Assembly: GCA_964276515.1 (NCBI GenBank)
Contig: OZ193909.1
Location: 8,370,001-8,434,000, forward strand
Length of the DNA: 64,000 nt
Direction: 5' to 3'
Source: Gordius albopunctatus
Lineage: Eukaryota
In this document: piece after piece, positions 41,399-55,900 of the stretch
Layout of the letters: each line of letters starts with the position of its first letter
How positions within the stretch are numbered: the first letter of the stretch is position 1
The notes under the pieces: model-generated
Databases searched by the model: none
What the model was told of the DNA's origin: nothing
The model's input: only the letters and a program-made list of their open reading frames with translations
Translations under genes and position numbers: made by a program

Positions 41399-43249
41399 GG
41401 CATATGTATGATCTTTAATTCGTTTTTGTACCCTCTGCCGGTCGGGACTTTACGATGGTTTTTAATTGATACTTTACTCATAATACCGTTATACCTGGGC
41501 TCGCATATTTATGTGTTTTAAAAATTGTCAATTCCAATTTACACCCTCGACCGTTGTTACCGTTTGAAATTTTTTACTTAACAATATCTCGCGCCTCTAT
41601 ATTACCATACATAATATACATGGATTTATGATGTGAGCCTATTGTGACAATCAAGGATGAATAGATACGATTTATAAATTAATCTTATTCGATATTTATA
41701 TTTTTGGTGGATAATATATATTCTGTAATATAATCTATTAAAACATGAAAAGAGTAAAGACCGTTGATGGGTGTCTTTTTCAAAAAGCTTTTTAACATCT
41801 TATTTAAATCTAGCGGTATTTCAATCAATTTAGTCAAAAATAATACATGTTCTAGCTATTCATTATGTATCAATTTTAGAATAAGTCTAAAATGTTCCTT
41901 GAACCCCATTTTTATAAGTTACTAACTCAACTAATTTTAATTGTCGTATCCACGATACATGCCCTCACTATCACACCCACCCCTGGTTATCCTTGCCCTG
42001 TTAGCCACTTTTTAGTTTGTGTTCTATGTATTTCTGAGGTTTGAGTTTGTGTTCTCTTTAAGTTTGGGGTTTACATTCATAAAGATTAAGTCAACAGTTC
42101 TCTTTATCTAGAAGATAGGTTTGTATATAGTTGAAATTAGATTTTTAGATGAATACTATGACAGAAGCAAAACTGAACAGCAAAGATTTTTATGGCCATT
42201 CCTTTTAAAGAACCGATCGTTAATGAAGTGGAGTTAACACTGTTAAAGGGAATGTTCTAGTTACGAGGGGATTCTAGAAGCAGGGGGTAATTAAAATAGA
42301 TCAAGGAGGAATAAGAAAGTAGTACGAGGACCAAGGATCCTTAAGGAAATAAAAAAAAACCTCTTAAAAATGTCACTTTTTTATTTTCCCCAAAAATTAC
42401 TTCAATTTCCCTTACTTTATGGTTAATTTGCCCCGTACTTATTTTAAAACCAATTTAACTTCTTCAAATTCTGTACTGTTTAATTTCCCATTACTCCTAT
42501 TCTATAGTCTTTACGAACCCCTACTTTAGAAATTATCAACGTACCCCTAGAATCCTAGTATTCCCCGACAAAAATCATATATTGTTTGAGGAACTGTATG
42601 CTATTATTATTTATGGAAATAAAAAGAAAAAGATCGAACATATCCGTTTTCCCGATTTGAAGTTGAGTTACTTAAGAGTTCGGATTATACCAATTTTTCC
42701 ATTCACAAAAGCTGTAGCAAATCTTCGGATCTCGAACTCAAAAAGATCCCTAAACCCCGGTCATAAGAATTCGCCCCCCCCCCGTCACAGGATCCAACAT
42801 TAATATGGACTTAAACTTAAGAAGCTTCGTTCAAAGTTTTATACTTGAAACTAACTTGTGATTGGCATATTTTGCTATTTAAAATAACCGGTATAGGACT
42901 ATTGAACTATAAACTTTGATTATTTTATTATAGAGTAAATTAATTAAAAATTAAGGAAATTAATAATGAAATAAAAATATTTAAAACGAAAAAGAAATAA
43001 ATATAGTATAAATCTATCGAAATGAAGTTGCCAGATATCCGCAAACAATTTGTGGTTGTATTTTTAAAAATTTCAAATCCTTATTTCATTTAAAACATGA
43101 AATATTTTGACAGCGGAGAACTTAAACTCGTTGTAAATGTATAGCCCTTAAAATAAAGGAATAATGTTTTAATTTACGTGCAATCCAAAGAGGGTTTTAA
43201 TCGCGATAAAATTTCTCCATGTCAAGAGGTCTTATAACTAATCGACTTT

Positions 43250-43800
43250 ATTGAGTCTATCATATTCAAATTGGGTAGATGGTTTAAGGGATGTCTGGAT
43301 TTTTCAACCAGTGTGATTACTTGTGCAAGTGAATGATTTTGAAAATTTGGTCCATAACCTTAGGCACGGAGAGAACGGTTCTAAATTGTCTACCATATCC
43401 CGTTGATAATTTGAGTAAGTTTCTAACTTTTTGAAGACCTGAGCCGTCACTAGGAACGACCTTAGGCTAGAAAATTCGGCATGGGTGATCGAAAATAACA
43501 AAACGCAACGCTGACCATGTATCCTAATCTCTTGATCGTGATGTTGTGGTAATGTTGTTTTTACTGTTTTTAAATATCTAAAGCTATGGGTGAAAGCAGA
43601 TCATCTTTAACCGAAGCCTACCTAAAATAATATCTTGTCGATGGACACTTTTGTCTACACTAATACAATCCATTGTGAAAATGTATTAACAAAAGGTTGT
43701 GTTGGATTAATGAAATCAGCAAGGTGGGAGGGAATATGGCCGGCCATCCTTAAGGAACAATATAAAGAATTAGAAGGTTTGATTGTATGGAATGTATAAA
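43250..43800 (-). mobile_element. Possible highly decayed non-LTR retrotransposon (post-RT/RNase H region)
   Basis: Weak motif resemblance only: DIILGRLR...FTH, LQKVRNLLKLSTG, HPLNHL. Confidence 0.3.
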
Positions 43801-44041
43801 AATTGGCAGCATCATAATAATTAATAATTGATATGTTTAATTTAAATTTGCGTTTAGTTCATTTGCACTTTATTAGTTTATTTTCCACGTATTTATTTTG
43901 TTAAGATAAAACCTATGGCTGGAAATATCATCTCCTTTGACTCATTTCATTAATTCGCACCTAATTGTTTTCATTAAAAACTTCATATGTACATGATTCG
44001 CAATAAGTAGTTAAACACCAATAAATTTGTCTTTACAACCC

Positions 44042-44755
44042 TTTCAAGACCGAGACGAGATCGCAACACTACACAGGCGGCCCAAAGCTCGGCCTGGAAA
44101 AGCCTAGGCACGAATGGGCCCGACCCGGGCCTTAAATGTTGAGGTTTCAAAATTTTGGGCGGGGCCTAATCGGAAATAATTTAGAAGTATTTGTCTAAGG
44201 AGTATAATTTTAAAGAAGATAATAATAATCCCATTTAGGAGGGCTGCTATTAACTTATATATTTATAAATAAATTTTTGAAATAAAATTGGTACAAATTT
44301 AAATTTTTACAAAAGTCGGTCCGGGACCGGGCTCCGGTCGGGCCTGAGTGAAAATAACAAATCGGGCTCGGGCAAAAAATAAAAAAAAGTTTCGGGCTCA
44401 GGTCGGGCTCGGGCCGATAAAATTCAATTTTGCAGGGCCCTAGCTCTAATAGATAGGGATATGTATGGTCAAATTGGTCTATTAAAAAAATTACCTAAAG
44501 GTGGTGCTAATTAGAGTGTACTTTTAAGTTAATTGCGGCCCTCCTAAATGGGTTTATTATTATCTTCTTTAAAATTATACTCCTTAGACAAATACTTCTA
44601 AATCATTTCCGGCCTACTTTTTATGAATTAGGCCCCGCCCAAAATTTTGAAACCTCAACATTTAAGGCCCGGGTCGGGCCCATTCGTGCCTGGGCTTTTC
44701 CAGGCCGAGCTTTGGGCAGCCTGTGTAGTGTTGCGATCTCGTCTCGGTCTCGAAA
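44042..44755. repeat. Near-identical ~215-bp inverted duplication (arms ~44042-44257 and ~44525-44755)
   Basis: Direct comparison shows the arms are reverse complements apart from a few substitutions and one short indel. Confidence 0.92.
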
Positions 44756-45563
44756 ACAAAATCTCGTCTCCGGAGCGATTATGAAAATCTCGTCTCGGTC
44801 TAAAAAAATCTCGGTCTCGTCTCGACTTTTTTATAAAAAAATATACGGAATAAAAATCTCTTTTGTTTTATTAAAAATATTAAATAAGTGTTAAAAAATC
44901 CAAATGGAAAACTTTTATATTTTGTAAAAAAGTTTAATAAACAAACTTTTTAAAGATTTAGCCGGACACGACATCTTATTGACAATATAAAGATATTAAT
45001 TAATTCATAAAGAAAATATTTTTATGGAAAGTGCAAACTTAAAATAAATTTGAAGTTTAGAAAATTAAATTTTATTGTTCTAGCAAACTATAACATTTGT
45101 ACCTAATTCACTGTGTTTGTCAACTCTATATAGACTGAGAAAATTATAAGTTCGGTTATAATTGACTTAGTTGCACAATTGAGAAATCTGAGGCCCGTTA
45201 TTAACCCTGGCTAAAGCTTTAAAGTAGACCTTAACATATTTAAGGCAACGTTTAAGTCCATTGATATTGCCATCATCAATTATAGCCCATAGTGTTTATT
45301 GCATGTTCACTATAGCGTTATAAACCACAAAGTGCGAGTGATCAACTAGTTGTACATATTAATACGTTATAAAAACAACAATAAAAGCAGCCTTATATAG
45401 GATTAAGAACATAAGGTTTTAAACTTTAAATTAAAGTACAAGTATTTAAATTTGTGACAAAAATCATTATAATCACATTTATATTCCAAATAATTACCTT
45501 CCAATCCTAATTAACTTTGCCATTAAATATTAAATAGTTATTATCGAATACAATATAGGTTCG

Positions 45564-45719
45564 CATGGGCGTAGCCTGTCAGTGGGCGGCTGCCCTCCCC
45601 CTGATTAGCCATTTTATAGGTCGCGTTTTGGATACTGGAGACCTTTTTTTGCTCATTTTTGGTAAGAAAAATTTTTTTTACTCTGCCCCCCCCTAATTCA
45701 AAACCTGGCTACGCCCATG
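45564..45719. mobile_element. hAT-type MITE (catgggcgtagcc family)
   Basis: TIRs catgggcgtagcc / ggctacgcccatg, with a perfect 8-bp TSD taggttcg. Confidence 0.9.
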
Positions 45720-46987
45720 TAGGTTCGTGTATTTATTTATATTGCTTAATTATAGAAATTATAGTAAATTTGATGCACCTGCCAACCCAACTATTAATGT
45801 GAAAGGTAATGCATATGACAAAACTATGTATTCATATAATATCTTATTAAGGTTCAATTTTATAATTACCGCATCATGCAGGATGAATAACTGTGAAATT
45901 CAAATATGCTTTAGTAATATTTACTATTCTATCAGATCTCATTCTAAGCCTAAACTTTTGTAATATTTAATAATGCTATGGATATAAATATGTGATAAAT
46001 ATATTATAGAATTATTCACATACCCTAAAAGTCAACCATACTTAGGTAATGATGGCCAAATTTTAAATTGTTTGCAAAAATATATAATATTTACAACACT
46101 TTGGAATTTTTTTAATATCAAATATATTCCATTATATATTGATTTACACTTAATACCTTAAATATAAATCATGCAAATCAAAAGACATAATAATTTACTA
46201 AAATCTAACGATCAATTAAAAGTCGAGATCTCGCCGAAAAAATCTCGTCTCGTCTCGGCATCGAAATTCTCGTCTCGTCTCGATTAACTCTACCTTTTAG
46301 GCTCAAAGAAACCTAAATTATGAACATATTTAAATTTATCTATATTTTATTAAATAAAGCCGAATCGTATGACAACCTTTTTATTCCTGTTAATAATTAT
46401 AACACCTGTCTTTTAAGACATTCAATTTTAATCTGAAATCTTATTCTAGTTTATGCAGGGCGACTAAGAAAGTTTTTATAAATTTGATTATAGTAGAATC
46501 TCATACTTTTTTCCTAAACATTGTCCGCCAAGATGGTTAAAAATTTTGCCGAGTTGTTCAATTTTGTTTATTTAAATCTACAATAAAAATGCTATTCAAT
46601 TAAATTTTTTTTGAATTTGTTTCCACCCACATAAGAGAGTGTTTTATAAAGCCTTTATTTTTAATTCATACAATAAATTTACCTCATGTGTATTAAAACA
46701 TTTATTAAAAGAGCTTTGAAATATAATTTATTAAACTATATCACATTGTGAAAAAGCTAATGCTATTTCCCAACTTAATGCTGACTTTTTACATAAAATT
46801 TCAGATACAAATTATATAAAAATTAATGAGAATAGTTTAATTAATGTTTTAAACTTATTTTAAAGTTTTTTATAGCCTAATTAACGTATTTATAAGCCAT
46901 TTTAGGATACCTTTCAGGCGATATTAATTATTTTCACATGACTTGTTCATTCATAAATTCCAGATGATTATTTTTAACTTAATTTAG

Positions 46988-49900
46988 ATGCTCTACGTGA
47001 AAATTATTTTAATATTATTTATTTTTAATAATCATGTTGCGGAAATAAATTCATTATCAAGTGGTTTGATTAAACGATGGGCCAAGTTGATGGCTGACAA
47101 AATTCAGGCCATAATGGAAGCTGGTTTAAAATTTAATGAAATTCAAAAATTATATGACGATGTACAATATGAAAGGATAAATGTAGATTGGATCAAAAAA
47201 ATTGAGGAAATACATAGCAAGCTTGGTATATTAGACATAATCTGATATAATGTTTTTTAAGGTTTGAGTTTTGTTAGACAGCGGGCAGCTTTGGATCTTT
47301 TAGCTCAAAAAGCAGCATTGTATTATGAATATTGGGAAGGTGCAGGAAGACCACGCACAGTATCTGATTTGGACAAATTAAGTTCCTCAATCTGTTTGAA
47401 TTCTGAAAATTTGAACTCATATATTAATAAATCTTCAAAGTAGATGCTTTAATATATTAAATTTTATATCTTAGGCCAGAGCCTGCTATATTTTACAATC
47501 GTAGTTCTGTCAAATTACCTACATTAGCTTCTAAAACAAATCCTAAAATAATAGATGCTGTTATGTGGTCTTCAAATTTGGAAAAAGTTTTCATGGAAAA
47601 TTTTAAAAGAGATCAAAGCATAAGGTTAAAATTTATAGTTGTTAAAGCAATTTATTTTATAATGTTTCATTTCAAATTTATTATGAATCAACTTTATATT
47701 GATGATTTTCCAAATACCTCTAAACAAGAAAGTTGGTTTTATTAATGTCTAACCAACTTTCTTATGGATTTAATATCTCTGACCACCTATATACAAGTTT
47801 TTGCAATCTAGAAATAGGTCATTTTTAAAAAAAATATTTGATATGTGCCTCTTTTAAAAACACTATTTTTTGAAAATTCTTTGTCAATTTTAAATAAAGT
47901 ACTAGGCAAGCCTTTTTCTTTTTTATTTGTTTTTTAATTTATTTATTTTGAATAACCATTAAATTATCATTCTTTCCTTCTGTCTATATATTTCTAGCTT
48001 TTTCACCATATTTAAAATTTTTATATTAAATTTATTTGCAATTAATATATAAAAATCAATTATAATTAATTTTTTGATCAGATTTAATCAATTTTATAGC
48101 TTTGAATTTTAAAAATATAACATTTTTAATAGGCTTAATATAATATTTATGTAATTCAAACGTTAGTACCTTACCCTCAAAACAATTTGAAATCTTCTCT
48201 TTTATTATTTAAATTTTTATTTTTTGTGGGTTTGCTCTTTAAAAACCTTTATTTAATTTATTATAGAGTTTTTAACAAACCCAAACCGTTTCATTCAATT
48301 TAATTGTAAGAATGATACATTTTTAGAAACTCCCGCATAAGACTTCAATCATTTGAAATAACTTCTCACAATTATTAATACAAAACATTTTTCGCTATAG
48401 CTTATGCAAAAATAAAGATTGTTTTAAATCGATAATTTTATCTTTTTACCTTCTTATTTATGAATATTTAAATTTGAATCAAATAGACTTTAATAATAAT
48501 ATTGATTTTTATACCTCAAAATTAGTTAAATCTCTAAAATTATCAATTGAGTTTTGTTTGGAGAGTAATAAAGACTTGAAAAGGGTATATGCGGTCCCAT
48601 GTTTTTTCCTTGTTTATAAAATGCACCAAAATTGAGAATCAATTGTTTTTTTTATATTTTAGTCCATTTTAGGGTAACTATTTCACTATTTTTTACATCT
48701 AAACCATAAATTTAGTTTTTAAACAGCCATAGGTAAAAGTTTATATTTATGGCTATAAGGGGGGCGTAAAAGTAGATTTTACACAAACATTTAATCACAT
48801 TAATGTAAATTTTACCCAAAAGTGAATCTTTCGCTAGAATTTTAAGAGATTACTTTTATGTCATTTTTTACTTAAGGCGGATCACAACACGCCTTAAGAC
48901 ATGGGAAAAGTGTTTTGTCCCCATTTTTACACGCTCATTTCGCTTTTCTTGTAAAGCGTCATTTCTAATATTTATTATGTTCACTTCATTTTTTAAATAT
49001 ATTATGCATCCTACGACGTCCATGATTAGGACTAAATTTTTTTACCAGGCAGCGAAATATAATTAGTGTAAAACCTATAAAAAATACACATGGTCAACAA
49101 GGGCCTATAAGCAGGGAGGTGCATTCTTTCTAAGCTTAAAGGACATTTTTGGTATTGGTGGTTGCTCTGTTTCATATCCTAGCTAAGCCCATGATGATAA
49201 TATCTATTCCAAAACATACTTTATCGATAAAGCAGTTTATAGCTTAAATTTAGATGATAATAAAAACCCTCTATCTGGTACAAACCATTTCAAATTTAGA
49301 CATCTGTTATATGTCCATGTATAGTAAATACGTTATCGGTAAACCGAATTTAATTAAAAAGATGTTATCGCACTATTTTTTTGGATATACTTTCGGCGTT
49401 CCCTTATCTTATCTTGCAGCCAACCACACTTTCAAAGTGACTATTTTCATTGCTATGACATCGCATTCAATCCCAAAATATTTAATACCTTATGCTGCTA
49501 AGTTTTTGAGTATAGAGGTTTTGTCAATTCTTGAGTTAGTGTTAAAGAAGTAAAACATTTTTTATAGCATATTACTATTCTCTTATGTTAAAACCTTTAA
49601 AAATTATGAGCTAGTTTTGCCGATATTCATCTCGCCCTAAAGTTATAATTGCAGTTTAAGGATCTAAATCAATGATACTGGTCTACAAAAAAATATCATG
49701 AAATCGGACCCATAATTCTAATAGAGAATTTTGCGCTGAATAATAATCTATTTTTATTTCCGAAAATTCCAGTTTTTTAGATAACGAGGTTGAAGGTGCC
49801 CAAAATGCCCATTTTTAGCCTTTTTAAGGCTATATTTCCACGGCATTTTTAATTTTAGTGAAAAACATTAATATATTCATATAGATTAAAGTTTGATATA

Positions 49901-52900
49901 TAGGTCCATTATTTAATTTTTTGTTTTACCTCTTTATTTAAATTTATTCGCGTTTACGTAGATTAATATTATATTCTTTATTATGATTGAACCAAAGTAT
50001 TTTTTGAATATTAATTTCTCTTCTAATGAAGCTCATGAGTTTTTGACTAAGCTATTATCAATATAATTTAAAATTTATGGCCATTTTAGTGCCTTAAAAA
50101 TTACTATTATAATATTATAAAACAGTTTTGGCAAATGGCTATTTTTCGTTAAGGTTCGCATTCTTTAATTTATGACTAATATATTAATATGCCTGCAATA
50201 TATCATCAATGGACATGCCATATACTGTTATTATTTTTATGAGTATCCTAAGTAGAGATCTGCAAAATCGATTTTTTAGCATCTTTAAAAACAAGGCGCG
50301 CCCCGAGCCCGGCCCGGAATTTTAGTAAGTGCAGAAACTTAATCAAACTTAATTTTGGTAAAAATTTTTATTTAATAATAAAACGCACATAATATAATTA
50401 TAAATCGATAATAAAACTATTTTGAAAAAAAAACACAGGCATCAAAAATTTCCGTGTTTAAATTTGTCTCCGCTCTTCATAAATGCGGCCCGCTGACGAA
50501 AAACACCTCTAAATCGAGGCAAAAGCAGATGTCGAAAAAATCTTACAAACAAGAGGGCTAAGCGCTAGAAATGACCACTGTGGTTTTTCCACCAATCCGA
50601 TAATTCTATTTTTTCTCGTTGATCTTTAACTTTGTGTTGGTGTCAACTTCATTTTCCTCTACATCTTTCTTCATAGAAGATGTTTCATGCCATATCCGTT
50701 CCACAAAAATGGGCTATTGAGGATATGAGATCTTTTTTGATTTTTGCAGGGCTTGTAAGTTTTGTTAAAAGTGGCTTGTATAGGTAATTGTCCAATTTTT
50801 CTTTTCCTGGACTTCTTTACAGCATTTATGCCTTTGGAGATGAATGTTCCATAAGCATTATCAAAACTAACATAAATAATTACCCGATGAGCAGGAATTA
50901 TAGTATAACACATTCGTGCGAATCTTACAAAAAAAAAATCTATTTTCTTATATAATCTTTTCCATACTTCACTCTTTTCTCTAAGATTTTCTTTTACTTT
51001 ATAAAATTCTTTCTGAATATTTTCAACTATTAGCAGTAGATTTTTTTTGTTCCATTCTTAATTTTTTGTATATTAATAAATGTTTAACAGATTCAATAAC
51101 TTAAATAATTAATTTTTTAAAATTTTATAGATTGTTTTAAACAGATAAAGACTACTTAGGCTCTTATAAATTATTCCGGGCCGGGCCTATAATTTATAAA
51201 TTAGGCCCGGCCCGACCCGGAATTTTACAACCTCTAATTTTAAGCCTCGGGCCGCCCGTGCAGGTCTCTAATCCTAAGTTTTGAGAACACAACCATGGGC
51301 GTAGCAAGGGGGGGAGGGAGGGGCGGCTGCCCCCTCTTAATCCAAAAAATTGTTGACATTTATTAAAAGTATGGTTGCTAAAATTTCAAAAAAAAACATT
51401 TTGCCCCTCCCTAAATCATTATTGCCCCCCCCCTTTAATTTCAATGCTGACTACGCCCATGGACACGACTAAGCCTGGCTATACCAATCCAGAGATTTCA
51501 TATAGCGCAATTTATCTAAGGTTTTTATTTTTAATTTTGTCATTTTTTAATTTTTACGGAAAAGTCATCTTGTTTTTTTCAATCTGTATATGATAGTCCA
51601 AACAATATACAATTTATTTTTTAAAACATCTATAAATGCCTAGAACTTGGCCAAACACCTAATATGTATAGATTAAAAAGACTTTTACAGCATGTTTACC
51701 AATTTTTCAATAACTTGTCGAATTTTAATGATTTTAGTATTAACACTTTAAAGAATTTTTAAAACGGTTGAATAATTTGTAGCGAATGAAAATGGATTTT
51801 TTATTTCAAACTTATCCTAGTTGTAAATTAAGATTAATAACAATTTAATGCATTTTGTATCTATATGGTTAAATGATTTTCAAAAATAAATTTTTTAAAA
51901 AGCCCCTTTTTGAAAAATTGGGTCGGGCCGGGCTCGGCCAGAAGAAATCTCATTCTCATTTTGCAGGGCTCTACTTCCCTTCTTAATATATGATCATATC
52001 ACCTTGTCCGATTTTTGTTAATAAAGTCTGCCATAGGTGCAATATTCATATTCGGCCTCAGGCGATGATCATTCGTCATATATATGGTGGAGCTTAGAAT
52101 AATCAAAGCTCCACCGTATCATCATTCTCAACACAATGCCTAAATGATAAATTATAAGAGGCAAGGAGGCAGGCAGGCAGGAATAAGATTTCATCCGCTA
52201 AGATGCAAATTAATGATAAAATTTTCAATTTGTTAAAGATCTGGTTACTCTTAGGTACCAATACTTTGGCTCGACCACAGGCATGTTTCGCAGCTTTCCC
52301 ATACGACCGTGGGAAACGGATGCAGAAGGACAGACCATAGATCTCGATGCTCGGGTTAGGCCCTGGTACGTCGCGGCTATAACCTTACCCAAAAATGCCA
52401 TTATCATCTACGACGCCAGTTCAACGATGGGCAAAAGGTGGCGTGCTCCTTATAAAAATACACTAATAAATAACTAGGAGTTGTAGGTAGTGTTGTAGTG
52501 ACGGCTCGGTTTTGTATGGTGGTCCACCCTTAATCCACTAAACATCTCTCAAACTCATAAACAGGGTAAAGATTAACCTTTGATCTGAAGGTCGACCATA
52601 TAAAAATACCCCGTCACTACGACACTAGTTGTTAAAGTCTGCATTATATAGTATCGTATTCGGATTGCGCCTACGCTTCGTTACTTTTTTTAAGAACATG
52701 AGTATTGTTGCTTAAATTTTTTACACGTAAAAATAATTATATTCATAAAATTCTCTCAACATTAACGGTAATTTATTGAAATGAAAATTAACGTAAGTTA
52801 AGCTTTGCATTTTGTGAATGTGCTAAGTCAATCTTAGCTTAAGGTCCTTCAGCTAAACGTGACTATATAAAGATAGGCTTAATTTTAAATAAACGGGATA

Positions 52901-55900
52901 AATTAACATTATAAAAACATCACTAACGCTAAAAATGAACTATTAAGCCTCCAACCCAACCCGTAGTAAACCTATACTAAATCATATTTAGCTGCTACAT
53001 GAAGTTATTAAGATGAAACAAATTTTTTTAACGGCAAATCACTTATTAAACAATGGTTTTAAAACACACATAAAAATGTTTAAAAATGTATCTTGCTACG
53101 AAAATTGCAACTTAGCGCGATTTATTTAATTAAAAAAATTTTCTCACCCAACAAGTGTCGGGCAAACCGGTTTTTCTAGGGACTGGTTGTTATTCGCCAA
53201 GTGTTCTATTTGACGTCGCTTATGGCTTAAGGCTACATTATTTATAATTTGCACGACGACATATTTAAAATAGATTTACTTAGCTTAGTAAATGTAAAAT
53301 TCAAAATGTTTAGGCATAGAAATTAAAATAGCGCGGATTCAATAAGATTTACAGAAATTGGTATAAACCAATGTCTTGGAAATTCAATATCTGTCAACCC
53401 AACCTTCCGATTTGAATAAAATTTTCTATTTTTAACCCGACACGATTATATAATTTTTACATTATCTTGGTCTACCCCAAATAAGCCGTTACAATCTATT
53501 AGCAAAACTAAAATATTGAAATAAATGATTATTTATTCATTCGTTAATTCAAATATACGGCTTTTAAATTACTTGCAGTACGTCATTAATCCAAACCAAT
53601 TAGGTTTTAAATTTTATAGGCTTAGTTAATCCCCAAAGGTTTTAGATATATATAATTATAGACCAAATAGATTATTTAACTGCTATAAAAAAATCTTTTA
53701 ATGATTCTATAAATAAAGAACTCATTTTTCTGTAAAAATGCATTGAAAATCGCTTAGATATCCACAGCTTTTAAATTTAAAACATAATACGGCATAGATT
53801 TAAATGGATAAAATATATAAACGAAGTTTTTAGCCAACTTTAAAAAAACAAAATACTCTTTCTCTAAGCCCTATATCTTGTGTAACGTTTTTTTGTAAGA
53901 AATGCATCAAAATTACGCGAAAATTTTCCCCAGCTTTATAAATATAATAAAATTTTGATATAACATGATTTAAATGAATTAGATTTACATGGAAAAAATA
54001 TATAAAGGAACGTTAAAAAGTTTTTCGCTGACATTTTCACTAAGTGGAATATTTCCTATTTAGGCTATTATTTTATATGAGTTTAAATAAATACTACGTA
54101 AATTTTAAGTGTTTGATAAAAAAAAATTATCCATGATTTGTATTAGTCAAGCTAGGGCTTTAGCCGCCGCTCACGCCATCTTGAATACCCTCACGAGCCG
54201 TGATTACTTGTCGGTGATAGTGTCCAAATCATCTTATTACGACACGAGTGGTACGTATTACCAACGCGAACCCTATGTTCTGGGTTGCAGTAATCAAACA
54301 TCCTTACTACCGGCCAACCCTAGCTTCTCCTCCAAACTCTTCTACCTCCTACAAAAAGTTGCCTTAGATGGGGGATCCGATCATACGTAAGCATTTTTTG
54401 CGATGTTTGATCCACTTACTCCAAAAATGTTCTCGTTATATTTTCGTTTATTTTTGTTGTTGCAGAAGGAATTAACTTTATTATTTGGTGGTCTTATAAT
54501 CAATATGTCATTTTTGTCACTAAATTCCTTTTTTTGGTTCAAGTCAATGACTTTTACACACAAATCATATTCCTTCCTAACACTCTAATTGTCATGATGT
54601 TACTAGTATCACCAAAAAGGGATAGCTTAGATAGATTCATCTTTATCTATGAATTATATTGTCTTTAAATTTAAAAGGGATACATTTAAATTTAACATTT
54701 AATTCTTGAATTATAATCAAATAAGATCAAATTCTTAAGGCGCCTAATTATAAATTGTTTACCTACAAAATATGGAGATTAACATCAAATAAATTTACAA
54801 TTTAAAATTATTAATTGTGAGCTATAATATTTGTTATAAAAATTGCTATCTTTTATCCCACTTAAAATTAAACCGAAGGCTGACCTGAAATAATATACCA
54901 AAAAACCAAAGGTCTGTTTTAAAATTTTTGACAAAAATCGAAAACTTTTGATTTTTTACATAAAAGCCAAAACCCATTTTGGCCCAAACCTGCTCTAAAC
55001 TCTTTTAGAATTTTGCAATACTATATCATAATACGCAGCTTTAAATTAATTTTTCCTGTGGAAACCTCTATTAATTTTGTAAGATGCAATGGGATTTTGA
55101 TAAGTATTCGTCTTTATTTAAGATGCAACTGGCACGACTTTAAATACAATAGTATTTAGTTTCAATTTATAACACGCACCATTTAGGGCTGCCTTCAAAA
55201 TGGCGTTCGATATGTTGGCCAAAAATAATCATCACCTTTGCTACAACCTCATCCTATTCATAACGGACGGCATAACGTTGGACGGTTCACAGCGATGCAA
55301 CGGTGGCCAATACTATTACGATTTCAACGGAGCCAAGCGTTTCGTGGCCGGTAACATATGCATTTTTGACGAGCGCCTCTTCGACAACCAAGTCAAGAAG
55401 TTCCAAACCAATTTAGCCGCACAAAATCAGTCCAAAGTAAATGTTAATTCTTAATATGAGGAGATTCAGTTCATTATTTGTAATTATTTGGACCATTGGT
55501 TACACTACACCGAACATAAATTTAAGCTGGACGGGGGGAGCAAATGACATAGGAATGGGTTTTCGTTTGAAGTTCCGAATTTATAATGTATTTATGGTAC
55601 AGAGATACTTAGAATTTCTAAATTACTCTAACAACATAACAACACATTGTCAGAATACTCTTAATTGAATCACAAATGAGTCGCCCCTCCCTAATCCAAA
55701 ACATGGCTACGATCATGAGGTCATGGAGCCCACTGGCGTAGTTAGCATAATTCTCTTGAAGGGGGGGGGGCAAGGTTTAGGTTAAGACAAGTTTTTACAT
55801 TTGCATTTATGTCCAATATATTTGTATGTAATGTGTAGCAATTATATCATAAATTTATCAGGCGTACATCTTTACCTTCCCTGTCTTCCAGTACGCCCAT

